Below are positions 1 through 10,715 of a DNA stretch of 64,000 nt, piece after piece; within the stretch, counting starts at the first letter, position 1; each line of letters opens with the position of its first letter. The notes under the pieces are model-generated. The model was not told the DNA's origin, did no database searches, and worked only from the letters and a program-made list of their open reading frames with translations. A program made the position numbers and the translations under genes. This DNA is from an uncultured Chloroflexia bacterium. GTDB lineage: Bacteria; Chloroflexota; Limnocylindria; Limnocylindrales; CSP1-4. Location of the stretch: NCBI GenBank assembly GCA_963819655.1, contig CAWFXA010000002.1, positions 1,056,001 through 1,120,000 on the forward strand, written 5' to 3'.

Positions 1-259
1 GCTCGAGGGCGCCGGGATGCTGCTCAGCGGCCAGTCGCCGGACGGGCGGCTCGTCGAGATCGTCGAGCTCAAGGATCACCCGTGGTTCGTGGCCAGCCAG
101 TTCCACCCCGAGTTCAAGTCGCGGCCGGAACGGCCGCACCCGCTGTTCGACGGGTTCGTGGCCGCATCGATCGCGGTCGCGGACGGTCGTGAGCCCGTCC
201 TGGAAGCTCGACCTGAGCTCGCGCCATCGCGTCAGGCCGCGACCGTCGACGCCGGGTGA
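1..259 (+). CDS. pyrG: CTP synthase, C-terminal part (truncated by window edge)
   Basis: Glutaminase-domain motif [25 protein letters not shown]...PHPLF. Confidence 0.95.
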   Translation, partial: LEGAGMLLSGQSPDGRLVEIVELKDHPWFVASQFHPEFKSRPERPHPLFDGFVAASIAVADGREPVLEARPELAPSRQAATVDAG

Positions 260-312
260 GTCGGGGCTGACAGGCCAGACCTGACGGCGTGGCCTGATCC
301 CGGAGCACGCCG

Positions 313-1200
313 ATGGCCACGCCGACGTTTCGCGACCGAGAGTGTCGGGAGCTCCTGGCATTCGACGAGGTTCGCCACCGACTCGGCTTAGGGACTCGTC
401 TCCCGGGGGGCCGGCGCGAGGTCGCCGTCGCCGACATCATCGGGTCGGTCGGCCGGGTGTCCGATTTCGACGGCTGCTTCCGGCCCAGGAACCGACGCCT
501 TCGTGATGAGATCCGTATCCGTGCGGCGAGTCCGGTGGTGGTCGACATGCCGCTCTCGCTGCTCCAGGTGGATCACGCCTTCTTCGTCGAGGACGGCCAC
601 AAGCGGCTCTCGGCGGCGATCGCCGACGGTCGTCAGTACGTCGATGCGAACGTCGACCAATTCGAGACGCGCTTCCACGTCGCGCCCGGGACGACCATGG
701 CATCCATCCGGGTCACCGCCAGCGAGCGTAGGTTCCGGAAGGTGACCGGCCTCGATGCGGCAGTCCCGCGACGACGGTTCCCGCTCTCGGATCCGGACGG
801 CTACCTCGAGCTCCAGGAGTCCGTGAAGGCGCACACGCTCGACTACTCCCGGGCCGAGGCGCGACTCGTCTCCCCGGAGGAGGGCGCCCGGCACTGGTAC
901 GAGACCGTGTTCGTGCCGATCCTCGAGCTGATCGACTCGACCGGCATGGGCAAGCTTCTCGAGTCGATGACCGACGCGGACCGCTTCCTGTTGTTCAGGC
1001 GTGGCATCGACGTGCCGATGTTGCCCGGCTGGCGCATCCCTCGTGCCGCGGCCGAGCGAGGGGTGGAGAACATCACGGATCGAACGCAGGTCACGCGGAC
1101 CAAGCGACTTGCCTCGCTCGCTCGACGCCCCAAGAAGCGCAACGCACCGCTCCTGCCGGAGGAGACTCAGGGCGACGATGGCGGGTCGTCAGCGCCCTGA
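313..1200 (+). CDS. DUF4032/ParB-like domain protein
   Basis: IIGSVGRVSDFDGCFRP and FFVEDGHKRLS (ParB-like DGHxR) motifs; C-terminal WYETVFVP. Confidence 0.65.
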   Translation: MATPTFRDRECRELLAFDEVRHRLGLGTRLPGGRREVAVADIIGSVGRVSDFDGCFRPRNRRLRDEIRIRAASPVVVDMPLSLLQVDHAFFVEDGHKRLSAAIADGRQYVDANVDQFETRFHVAPGTTMASIRVTASERRFRKVTGLDAAVPRRRFPLSDPDGYLELQESVKAHTLDYSRAEARLVSPEEGARHWYETVFVPILELIDSTGMGKLLESMTDADRFLLFRRGIDVPMLPGWRIPRAAAERGVENITDRTQVTRTKRLASLARRPKKRNAPLLPEETQGDDGGSSAP

Positions 1201-1407
1201 CCCGCCGTCATTGGTGGTGCCGCCGCGCACCGTCCCGCACGGGAGCGGGTCAGCGCCACGCGACGCGACCCGCCACCAGGGGTCAGACTAGCCAGCACTC
1301 AACGGTGGGTCGCGCGGTCCGGACGACGTCGATGACCCCAAAGACATCACGTCGTCGATCGCACCCCAGCGACCCTCCATGGACCACGCCTGGTAGGAGG
1401 AGAGTCC

Positions 1408-2691
1408 ATGCGTAGGCTGGCCATCCTGGCCGTATCCATCCTGATGCTCGCTGCCGTTCCGGCGGCATCCGCACGCACGACCGACGCGTACGACGCGCCA
1501 ACCGCGAGTGGACTGTGCGAGGCCTTCTTCGGCGTCAGCGCCGGACCGGAGCCGCTGTCCGCGTGTCAGTGGGATATGCGGTACATCAACGCCAATGCCG
1601 CCTCCCGCGCCCTCGCCACAGGCGATGGCGTGACCGTCGGCGTCATCGACAGCGGAATCGACTTCACGCACCCGGACCTCGACAACATCGACGTCGGGCT
1701 CTCGTGTTCGTTCATCAACACCGATACGCCGACCGCCGATCCAGCCGAGATCGCGAACGGCGACTGTTCGAACAAATCGGCAGTCCAGGACCTGAACGGT
1801 CATGGGACCCATGTCGCAACGACGATCGCGGGTGCGCTCGATGGCACCGGCATCGTCGGCGTGGCCCCGGACGCAACGATCGTAAGCCTCAAGGCCTGCA
1901 CGATCATCGGCTTCTGTTTCGTCGATTCGGTCGCGGCCGCGCTGCGCTATGCAGGCGACCAAGGCATCGATGTCGTCAACCTCAGCCTGTTCGCCGACCC
2001 GTACCTCTACTACTGCAGCAACGACGCGGGCCAGCGGGCGATGTACCAGGAGATGAAGAACGCGGCGAAGTACGCGCAGCAGCGCGGCACCGTCGTGGTC
2101 GCCGCGGCCGGCAACGAGCTGCACGACCTCGGTCACCCCGTGACCGACGAGATCAGCCCCGACTGGCCGCCTGACACAGCCGAGAGCCGTCGGATCCACA
2201 ACAACTGCCGCGTCGCCCCCGCAGAGCTGCCGGGCGTCGTGACGGTATCGGCCTCCGGCGTGAACACGCTGGCGGGCTACTCCAACGTCGGCAGCCCGAT
2301 CGATGTCACGGCCCCGGGCGGCGATGCCGCTCAGACGCCGGGCACGACCTTCGGTCGGATCCTGGCGGGTTGGTCCAGCACAGACGGAACCGGCTCGTGG
2401 GAGTTCTTCGCTGCCACCGGCCGAGCCGTCCTCGACGACGGCGGTCGATACGTCTGGATCAGCGGGACGTCGATGGCGTCACCGCACGCCGCGGGTGTCG
2501 CAGCGTTGATCATCGAGAACCACCCGGGCTGGAACCAGGGAGCCGTGGCGGCTGCAGTGCGGTCCACCGCGACGCCGATGGCCTGCCCGAGCCCAGCCGA
2601 TCCGAACCTCCCCCGCTGCTTTGGCGGTCGTGGCAACACGACCTTCTTCGGCGCCGGCATGGTGAACGCCCTGGCGGCCGCCTCGAAGTAA
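1408..2691 (+). CDS. Secreted S8 (subtilisin-like) serine peptidase
   Basis: Signal peptide; catalytic triad motifs VIDSGID, HGTHVA, GTSMASPH; GGAGGAG RBS. Confidence 0.93.
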   Translation: MRRLAILAVSILMLAAVPAASARTTDAYDAPTASGLCEAFFGVSAGPEPLSACQWDMRYINANAASRALATGDGVTVGVIDSGIDFTHPDLDNIDVGLSCSFINTDTPTADPAEIANGDCSNKSAVQDLNGHGTHVATTIAGALDGTGIVGVAPDATIVSLKACTIIGFCFVDSVAAALRYAGDQGIDVVNLSLFADPYLYYCSNDAGQRAMYQEMKNAAKYAQQRGTVVVAAAGNELHDLGHPVTDEISPDWPPDTAESRRIHNNCRVAPAELPGVVTVSASGVNTLAGYSNVGSPIDVTAPGGDAAQTPGTTFGRILAGWSSTDGTGSWEFFAATGRAVLDDGGRYVWISGTSMASPHAAGVAALIIENHPGWNQGAVAAAVRSTATPMACPSPADPNLPRCFGGRGNTTFFGAGMVNALAAASK

Positions 2692-2720
2692 AGACTTGTT
2701 CGCTCCGCGAACCCCAGGAA

Positions 2721-2745
2721 GGGCCGCCGGCATAGCCGGCGGCCC
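2721..2745. other. Perfect 11-bp stem hairpin between the two peptidase genes
   Basis: GGGCCGCCGGC-ATA-GCCGGCGGCCC. Confidence 0.6.
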
Positions 2746-2772
2746 AGAGCCACATGAAGTGGAGGAGGCCGT

Positions 2773-4290
2773 ATGCGCTCTCGACGGATCGCCGCGCTGT
2801 CGATCGTTCTGACGATCGGCGCGCTTGTTGCCGCGCTCGCCCCACCGGCGTTCGCCGCAGACATCAATGAATCAAAGGGCTTTCGCAAGGCGGTGACGCT
2901 CGCCGGCATCCGCGAGCATCAGGCCGCTCTCCAGGAGATCGCCGACGACAACGACGGCACACGATCGTCGGGTACGCCCGGCTATCGCGCGTCGGCCGAC
3001 TATGTCGCGGGGAAGCTCGAGGCTGCCGGTTACGACGCCACGCTCCAGCCCTTCCCGTTCGCGTTCTATCGACAGCTTGCGCCGTCGACGTTCGAGCGCG
3101 TGTCGCCGAACCCGACCACGTACACGGAAGGTGCCGGGGCCGATTACACCCCGATGACCTATTCGGGTTCCGGGAATGTGACGGCCTCGGTATCGACCGT
3201 CGCGGCGCTTGGTTGCGAGAGCGCCAACTTCGCCGGTTTCCCTGCAGGCAATATCGCGCTCATCTCACGCGGTGCCTGCACGTTCGGGATCAAGGCCGCC
3301 AATGCCCAAACCGCGGGGGCGTCCGCGGTCGTCATCTACAACAACGCCGCCGGTCCGCTCAACGGCACGCTCGGGGCGCCGAACTACACGATCCCGGTCC
3401 TTGGCACGACCCAGGCGATCGGCGTGGAGAATGCGGCCCTCGTTCCCGGGGGATTGACGTTCCACGTCATGACCTCGACCGACAGCGAGACAAGGACGAC
3501 ATGGAACGTGATCGCCGAGACCGCGTCTGGTGATCCGAACCGCGTGGTCGTCGTCGGCGCCCACCTCGACAGCGTCCTGCCGGGACCGGGCATCAACGAC
3601 AACGGGTCGGGTTCGGCGACGATCCTCGAGATCGCCGAGGTCTTCGCCGCGCAGAACCGTGTCGCCCGCAACAAGCTCCGGTTCATGTGGTACGGCGCCG
3701 AGGAGTTCAATCTCCTGGGCTCGGCGTTCTACGTGAATGGTCTGTCGGTGGCCGAGCGGGACAAGATCATGGCGATGATCAACTTCGACATGGTCGGGTC
3801 GCCCAACTATGTTCGCTTCGTCTACGACGGCGACAACTCCGCCTTCCCCGTCGGGCCAGGAGCGGCCGAGGGTCCTCCGGGCTCCGCCTACCTGGAAACG
3901 CTGTTCGTCGACTACTTCAACGCCGTTGGTCTCGCCAGCGATCCCACGCCATTCAGTGGTCGCTCCGACTACGGCCCGTTCATCGCGGTCGGTGTCCCGG
4001 CCGGCGGGCTGTTCACGGGCGCCGAAGGGATCAAGACGGCCGCCCAGGCTGCGACATACGGGGGCACGGCGGGCACGGCCTACGACCCGTGCTACCACCA
4101 GGCGTGCGATACGTACGCCAACAACAGCAACACCGGCCTCGATCAGATGTCCGATGCCGCCGCGCACGTCGCCCTGACGCTGTCACGGGTGAAGGTCGAC
4201 GTTCGCCAGACGGATGCAGTGGCCGCGCTGCGGACGTCCGGTAGCCGCGTGGCCGACGCGCCGGGTCCGGAGGAACTCCCCGACCGGTAG
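2773..4290 (+). CDS. Secreted M28 aminopeptidase with PA domain
   Basis: Signal peptide; GAHLDSV, GINDNGSGS, GAEE, NFDMVGS, YHQACD; PA domain IALISRGACTF. Confidence 0.93.
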   Translation: MRSRRIAALSIVLTIGALVAALAPPAFAADINESKGFRKAVTLAGIREHQAALQEIADDNDGTRSSGTPGYRASADYVAGKLEAAGYDATLQPFPFAFYRQLAPSTFERVSPNPTTYTEGAGADYTPMTYSGSGNVTASVSTVAALGCESANFAGFPAGNIALISRGACTFGIKAANAQTAGASAVVIYNNAAGPLNGTLGAPNYTIPVLGTTQAIGVENAALVPGGLTFHVMTSTDSETRTTWNVIAETASGDPNRVVVVGAHLDSVLPGPGINDNGSGSATILEIAEVFAAQNRVARNKLRFMWYGAEEFNLLGSAFYVNGLSVAERDKIMAMINFDMVGSPNYVRFVYDGDNSAFPVGPGAAEGPPGSAYLETLFVDYFNAVGLASDPTPFSGRSDYGPFIAVGVPAGGLFTGAEGIKTAAQAATYGGTAGTAYDPCYHQACDTYANNSNTGLDQMSDAAAHVALTLSRVKVDVRQTDAVAALRTSGSRVADAPGPEELPDR

Positions 4291-4311
4291 CCAGTCGATC
4301 AAGTCAAGTGG

Positions 4312-4347
4312 AGAGCGGGTCTGGTCCCCAGGCCCGCTCTTCGTTTC
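4312..4347 (+). terminator. Probable intrinsic terminator after the M28 gene
   Basis: Stem AGAGCGGGTCT / AGGCCCGCTCT (one G-U pair) followed by TCGTTTC. Confidence 0.6.
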
Positions 4348-4484
4348 CTCAGCGGCTCAGATGAGCCGCTTCCCGTCCAACGCGAGTCGCCTAACGACTG
4401 AACCGAAAGCAGGCTCATTCCGAGACGGCCCGCAACCTCGCCCCAGCGTAGAATCAGGGTCCCTTCGCCGAATGGAGCCCTGCC

Positions 4485-5192
4485 ATGAAGCTCTTCCTGG
4501 ACACCGCTGACATCGAAGAGATCCGCACCGTCGCCCGCTGGGGCGTGCTCGACGGTGTGACCACCAACCCGACGCTGTTCTCCAAGACCACCGGCCGGAC
4601 CTACGAGGAGGTCCTCAAGGAGATCTGCACGATCACCAGCGGCCCGGTCTCCGCGGAGGTCGTCGCCGACGAAGTCGAGGGGATGCTCACCGAAGGACGT
4701 GCGTTCGCCAAGCTCGCCCCGAACATCGTCGTCAAGGTCCCGATGAGCGTCGAAGGCCTCGAGGCGATGAGCCGCTTCGCCGAAGAGGGGATCAAGACCA
4801 ACTGCACGCTGATCTTCACCGCGAACCAAGGACTGCTCGCAGCCAAGGCCGGCGCCAGCCTGCTATCGCCGTTCGTCGGGCGCCTCGATGACATCAACCA
4901 GGACGGGATGATCGTCGTCCGCGAACTCGTGGAGATCGTCGAGCTCCATCAGCTCGAGACAGAGGTCCTCGCGGCGTCGATCCGGAACCCGGTCCACATG
5001 ACCCAGGCGGCCCTCGCAGGCGCGCACGTGGCGACGCTGCCCTTCAAGATCCTCGAGCAGATGGTCCACCACCCGCTCACCGACAAGGGCATCACCCAGT
5101 TCCGGTCGGACTGGGACAAGGCGCGCAAGGCGCTTGCCGAGAAGGCGGGAGCCGCCCAGAGCGACATCAAGCCGACCGAGGCGCGCGCCTAA
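4485..5192 (+). CDS. fsa: Fructose-6-phosphate aldolase / short transaldolase family
   Basis: MKLFLDTA, GVTTNPTL, Schiff-base VVKVP, SPFVGRLDD, LAASIR. Confidence 0.9.
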   Translation: MKLFLDTADIEEIRTVARWGVLDGVTTNPTLFSKTTGRTYEEVLKEICTITSGPVSAEVVADEVEGMLTEGRAFAKLAPNIVVKVPMSVEGLEAMSRFAEEGIKTNCTLIFTANQGLLAAKAGASLLSPFVGRLDDINQDGMIVVRELVEIVELHQLETEVLAASIRNPVHMTQAALAGAHVATLPFKILEQMVHHPLTDKGITQFRSDWDKARKALAEKAGAAQSDIKPTEARA

Positions 5193-5225
5193 CGCCTCGC
5201 TGAGGCCACCGGAGGAGGGAAGCGC

Positions 5226-7020
5226 GTGGCTGCGACGGAGGAGGTCCTCGGCCAGTTCCTCGGCGACGACACGTTCCCGGTGTCATGGGATTCGGAGGTC
5301 GAGAAGGACTTCTTCTGGGTCTACGACGACCTCCACATCCCCCATCCGGTCAGCCCGATGTTCTTCGACATCGGTGGTTGGTGGCTCAGCTGCGACCACA
5401 TGTTCCGCCGGTTCGGGACGCCGTTCGCGGTCGACTGGCTGGCCAAGAACGTCAACGGCTACGTGTACACCACGGCCATTCCAGGCCGACCCTGACGTCC
5501 GCATCGAGGGCACCGAGTACAGCTCGCGCTACCAGGCACGCGTCCCGCGAGATGACACGTTCGCCACGTCGATGGGCGCCTATCTCGACACGGTCCTACC
5601 CGTCTACGGTGAGCACTTCGCCGACTGGTGGCACGACCGGCTCGTGCCCGAGATGCAACGCAACTTCGCGTACCTCGAGGAGCGCCTCGACGCCGCCGAC
5701 GACATGTCGCTGGCCGAGACCGCGACCCTCCTCGAGGACGCGATCGACATCCACGACCGGCACTGGAAGATCCACTGGATGCTCAACTTCGCCCAGCTGT
5801 CGGCGACGCTGAAGCTGCGCGCGGTGATGGAGAAGACCCGTGGCTCGGTTGACGAGGAGCTATTGGGACGGCTCCAGAATTCGGCCTCGGACCGCAACTG
5901 GGACTCGATCGGGGCGCTCTGGCGGATGAAGAACGAGGTCCGCGACGAACCCGAGCTGCGGACGGCGTTCGAGCCCGACGACGTCGACCGGATCGCCGCA
6001 GCCCTCCGCGCGTCGGAGCGAGGCCGACGCTTCATCAGCGAACGCGTCGAGCCGTACCAGCGCGAATTCGGCTGGCACGCCGTGTGGAGCCACGAGTTCA
6101 TCTTCCCGACGGTGCGCGAAGAGATGAGGCCGGTCCTCGAGCTGATCCGCGGCTACCTCGTCAGCGACTACGACTTCCCGAGCGCGATCGAGGCGATGCG
6201 CCGGGACATCACGGCCGCCTCGCAGGAGATCCTGAGCGGACTCGCCGGGGAGGCGCTCGAGGAGATGCGGGAGTCGAACGCGGTGAACCTCCGGATGGCG
6301 CCGCTGACGCCCGATCACCACTTCTACATCGACCAGGGCGCGAACGCCCACGTCCGGCTCGTGCTCCTGGCGGTCGGCAGGAAGCTCGTCGAATCCGGAC
6401 GGCTCGATCAGCCCGACGACGTCCTGTTCCTGCGTTACAACGAGCTGCGGGCGCTCATCGGCAGCGCGGATGCGCTCGATGCCCGGACGCTCGTCTCCAC
6501 GCGGCGTGCCGAGCGCGACGCCGCTCGGGAGCTCCACCCGCGGGATTGGGTCGGCACGGTCACGCCGTCGCAGCTGGCCTTCCCATACCTCGTCAATTGG
6601 GGCTATCCGGAGCGCTTCCACCGCCAGCAGTCCGACGACGAAAGCGTGATCAGCGGCATCGCGGGCTCGCCCGGCACGATCGAGGGGATCGCGCGCGTCG
6701 TCACCACGGTCGATGAGTTCGACGAGGTGCGCGACGGCGACATCCTCGTGTGCCAGATGACGAATCCCGCGTGGGTCGTGCTGTTCACCAAGATCGCGGG
6801 GCTCGTGACCGACACCGGTGGGACGACATCGCATCCGGCCGTGCTCGCGCGGGAGTTCGGGATCCCGGCCGTCATCGGGACGTCCGTGGCGACGCGTCGG
6901 ATCAAGACCGGCGACCGTCTCCGGGTCGACGGGGGCGCCGGCCGCGTCGAGATCCTCGCCGCTGAACCCGCGGCGCCAGCCGCACCCGCACCGTCAGCGG
7001 TCGAGGCGATCGGGCGTTGA
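5226..7020 (+). CDS. PEP-utilising enzyme: substrate-binding domain plus phospho-His swivel, no ATP-grasp (phenylphosphate synthase alpha-like architecture); indel near 5485
   Basis: GTG after GGAGGAGG; N-terminal FWVYDDLHIPHPVSPM; C-terminal GGTTSHPAVLAREFGIPAV; ORFs 5226-5495 and 5134-7020 join after removing 1 nt. Confidence 0.85.
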
Positions 7021-7065
7021 GCGCGGCCCGGGACCAGGTGGATCGGGTCCGGTAGGGCCGGACCC

Positions 7066-7921
7066 ATGCGTGCGTTCGCCTACGAGCGGCCGAGCGAACT
7101 GGCCGAGGTCATCGGCCTGCTCGCCGATCAGGGACCGGACGTGCGCCTTCTCGCGGGCGGCACCGACCTCATCATCCGCATCCGGGACGGCTCGATCCAG
7201 CCGCGCACAGTGGTCGACGTCAAGGGCGTCGCCGAGCTGGAGCGGGGCATCCGGGAGGTCGACGGTCATCTCTCCATCGGGGCGCGGACCGTGATGACCG
7301 ACCTGCTGCGCGACGAGCGCATCCGGCGTGACTACGCGGCGCTGGCAGAGGCGGCCGCCGTCGTTGGAGCAGTGCAGATCAGGAACCGGGCGACCCTGGC
7401 CGGCAACATCTGCAACGCGTCCCCGGCAGCCGACACGGCGCCCGCCCTGCTCGCATTCGGCGCGCGCGTCGTCGCGGTCGGGCCCGATGGCCACCGTGTC
7501 ATCCCGCTCGACGCGTTCTTCGTGCGCTCCGGTGTCACGACGCTGGCGGCCGGCGAGCTTGTGTCCGCGATCGAGCTTCCGCTGCCGGTGACGCCGCGCG
7601 GATCTGTCCATGTCCGGCGCACGCGCCGACGAGGCCATGATCTCGCCTCGGTCACGCTGGCGTGCACGGTCGACGCCGAGGGGGTCACGCGGATCGCGTA
7701 TGGCAGCCTGGGTCCGCGGCCGCTGCTCGTCGTCGACGAGACCGGCGTCCTCGCGGATCCCGCAGCGACGGACGCGGCGCGTGAAGCACGACTCGCTGAG
7801 CTGTTCTCCGACGCGGCACCGTCGCCGACGATCGATGCGGGCGAGCCCCGAGTACCGCCTCGCGATGCTTCGGGTCCTGGGGCTGCGCGCGGTTCGCAGG
7901 ACCATCGAGCGGCTGGCATGA
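7066..7921 (+). CDS. Xanthine dehydrogenase-family FAD-binding subunit (indel near 7830)
   Basis: LAGGTDL, QIRNRATLAGNICNASPAAD; C-terminus SMRASPEYRLAML lies in another frame and ends in an ATGA overlap at 7918-7921. Confidence 0.88.
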
Positions 7922-8474
7922 CCACCCGCCGCATCGAGCTCACCGTCAACGGGCGCGCCCGAGCGGTCGACGTCCAGCCGCACCACACGCTGCTCGAGGT
8001 CCTCCGCGACGACCTCGGCCTCACGGGCACGAAAGAGTGCTGCCTGGTTGGGGAGTGCGGCGCCTGTACGGTCCTGGTCGACGATGTGAGCGTCGATTCG
8101 TGCCTGATGCTCGGCGTCGAGGCGGACGGCGCGTCGATCACGACGGTCGAAGGGCTCGCCCTCGGCGACCGGCTGCATCCGCTCCAGCAGGCATTCCTCG
8201 ACACGGGCGCGGCCCAGTGCGGCTTCTGCATCCCTGGTCAGCTCCTGTCCGCGGCCGCGTTACTGGCAGAGATCCCGCACCCGACTCGCCCCGAGATCGA
8301 GGAGGGGCTTGCCGGCAACCTGTGCCGCTGCGCTGGCTACGAGCAGATCATCGAAGCGGTTGCAGCCGCGGCCACGCCGGCGACCGAAGCGGCGCTTCGC
8401 GAGCACGCCACGCTGGGCTCCCTGCGGTCGGCGACCGCGCGTCGACGCCGGATGCGGAGCTTGCACCGCAATGA
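7918..8474 (+). CDS. Xanthine dehydrogenase-family 2x[2Fe-2S] subunit (probable indel near 8415)
   Basis: GTKECCLVGECGACTV, QCGFCIPG, GNLCRC; alternative-frame tail ends in an ATGA overlap at 8471-8474. Confidence 0.88.
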
Positions 8475-10715
8475 CGGTCGTCGGCAGCTCACCGGCGCGG
8501 GTCGGCGGGGTGGATCGCGTGACCGGCCGACAGGCGTATGTCGCCGACATCCACATCGAGGACACCCTCCACGTGAAGCTCGTGACGCTCGACGTGGCTC
8601 GCGCGCGGATCGGCTCGATCGACACGAGTGCGGCACGTGACGTCCCGGGCGTCCGCCTCGTCATGACGGCCGCGGACCTGCCCAAGCCGATGCCGCGATT
8701 CGGTCCGCAACGGCGCGACCGGCCGGTCCTCGCGGTCGACGAGACCAAGTACCACGGCGACCCCGTGGCCGCAGTGGCCGCCGACTCCCGGGATGCCGCC
8801 GAGGAGGCAGCCCGCCTCGTGCGGGTCGAGTTCGAGGAGCTGCCCGCCCTCCACACACTCGCCGCGGCGCTCGCGCCAGACGCGCCCCTTGTGCAGGATC
8901 CCGCACTGCGCCCGAACGATCCCCAGGCCGAGACCAACGTGCTCCACGAACACCGCCACAGCTGGGGCGACCTTGACGCCGCCGAACGCGAGGCGGAGAT
9001 CGTGGTCGAGGGCACGTACACGTTCCCGATGGTCACCCAGTTCGCGATCGAGCCGCACGCGTTCATGGCCGCCCCGGACGGCGATGGCATCGCCATCTGG
9101 AGCGCGATCCAGCACCCGAACTGGCTGCAGCGCGTCATCGGCGAGCTCCTAGGTCTGCCCCTCGCCAAGGTGCGCGTCCACGCGCCCGACCCGGGCGGCG
9201 CATTCGGGGGCAAGCAGCACGCGAAGTACGAGCCGCTGCTGGCGTTCATGGCGCTCGCCACCGGCCGGCCGGTCAAGCTGGTTCTATCGCTCGAGGAGAC
9301 GTTCCAGGCGGTCCGCCGTGGCGCGGCCGAGGTCCACGTCCGAACCGGTTTCCGACGCGACGGCACGCTCGTCTTCCGCGACCTCGAGGCGAACTACCTG
9401 ATCGGTGCCTACGCCGACATCGCGGACCGGACCGTGGCGAAGGGCAGCTACACCTCGATGGGTCCGTACCGCTGTCCGGCGGTCCGGATCGTCGCCCGCA
9501 GCGTGCTGTCGCACACCGTGCCGTCCACCGCGTTCCGTGGGTTCGGCAATCCCCAGCAGATCTGGGCGGTCGAGTCGAACATGAACGAGGCGGCGCGGGC
9601 GCTCGGCATCGATCCGCTTGAGCTGCGGTTGCGCAACCTGGCAGGTCCCGGCGAGACGTTCATCCCCGGCGACACGCCGGCCGATGGCGACTGGGCGGTC
9701 GCGGTGCGACGGGCGGCCGAGATGATCGGCTGGGACTCGCCGCTGCCGGCGGGTCGAGGCCGAGGTCTCGCGCTCGGCTTGAAATCGGGGCCGACCACCG
9801 GCCTGTCGTATTCGACCGTCAGGCTGCTGGTCGATGGCAGCGTCGTCGTCTACGCCGGCACGTCCGACATGGGGCAGGGCGCGCGGACGATCTTCGCCCA
9901 GATCGCCGCCGACGAGCTCGGCGCGCCGCTCGAGTGGGTGAAGGTCGTCTCGGGCGACACGGCGGTCGTGCCGTACGACCAGCAGACCTCGGCCAGTCGG
10001 TCGTCGGTGTTCATGGGGAACGCGGTGCTGCGCGCCTGCCAGGACATCCAGGCCAAGGTCCGGTCGATGGCGGCGCGGCTGGAGTCGGTCGATGCGGCGG
10101 AGGTCACCGTGGAGCGCGGCGAGGTACGAATCGGCGATCGCAGTGCTCTCGATCCGCGATGTCGTCCGGCGCGGCCTCGGTCGACTCGGTGGCGAGCTCA
10201 TCGGCGTCGGTGAGATGCGCAAGGACGCCGAGCCCGACCATCCGCTCGGCGGCACCGCGGCGTTCTACGAGTTCAACGCGACGGCGGTCGAGGTCGAGGT
10301 CGATCGCGACACCGGCGATATCACGATCCCGAGGTATGTGACGGTGTCGGACGTCGGCAAGGCGCTGAATCCGCTGCAGGTCCGCGGCCAGGACGAGGGT
10401 GCCGCGGTGATGGGACTCGGGCACACGCTGATGGAGCACTACATCTGGGACGACGAGGGCCGGATCCGGAACCTCGGCGCCATCGACTACCGGATCCCGA
10501 CGTCGATGGACCTGCCGCTCGAGATGGCGAGCGACATGGTCGAGAACGCCGACGGGCCCGGACCGTATGGCGCGAAGGGGATGAGCGAAGGGGCGCTCCT
10601 CCCGGTCGCTCCGGCCGTGGCCGCGGCGGTGCGCGACGCGACCGGTGTCTCGATCCGGGACCTGCCGTTGACGCCGGAGCGGGTCTGGCGCGCGCTCCAG
10701 GATGCCGGCGAATGA
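8471..10715 (+). CDS. Xanthine dehydrogenase-family molybdopterin-binding subunit (indel near 10142)
   Basis: GGAFGGK, AFRGFGNPQ, DMGQG, GPYGAKGMSEG, LPLTPERV. Confidence 0.9.

Noticed and set aside
7066-8640. Apparent FAD-FeS subunit fusion (524-aa ORF)
   Set aside because: Created by a 1-nt indel near 7830; the proper FAD C-terminus lies in another frame and ends in an ATGA overlap with the FeS start
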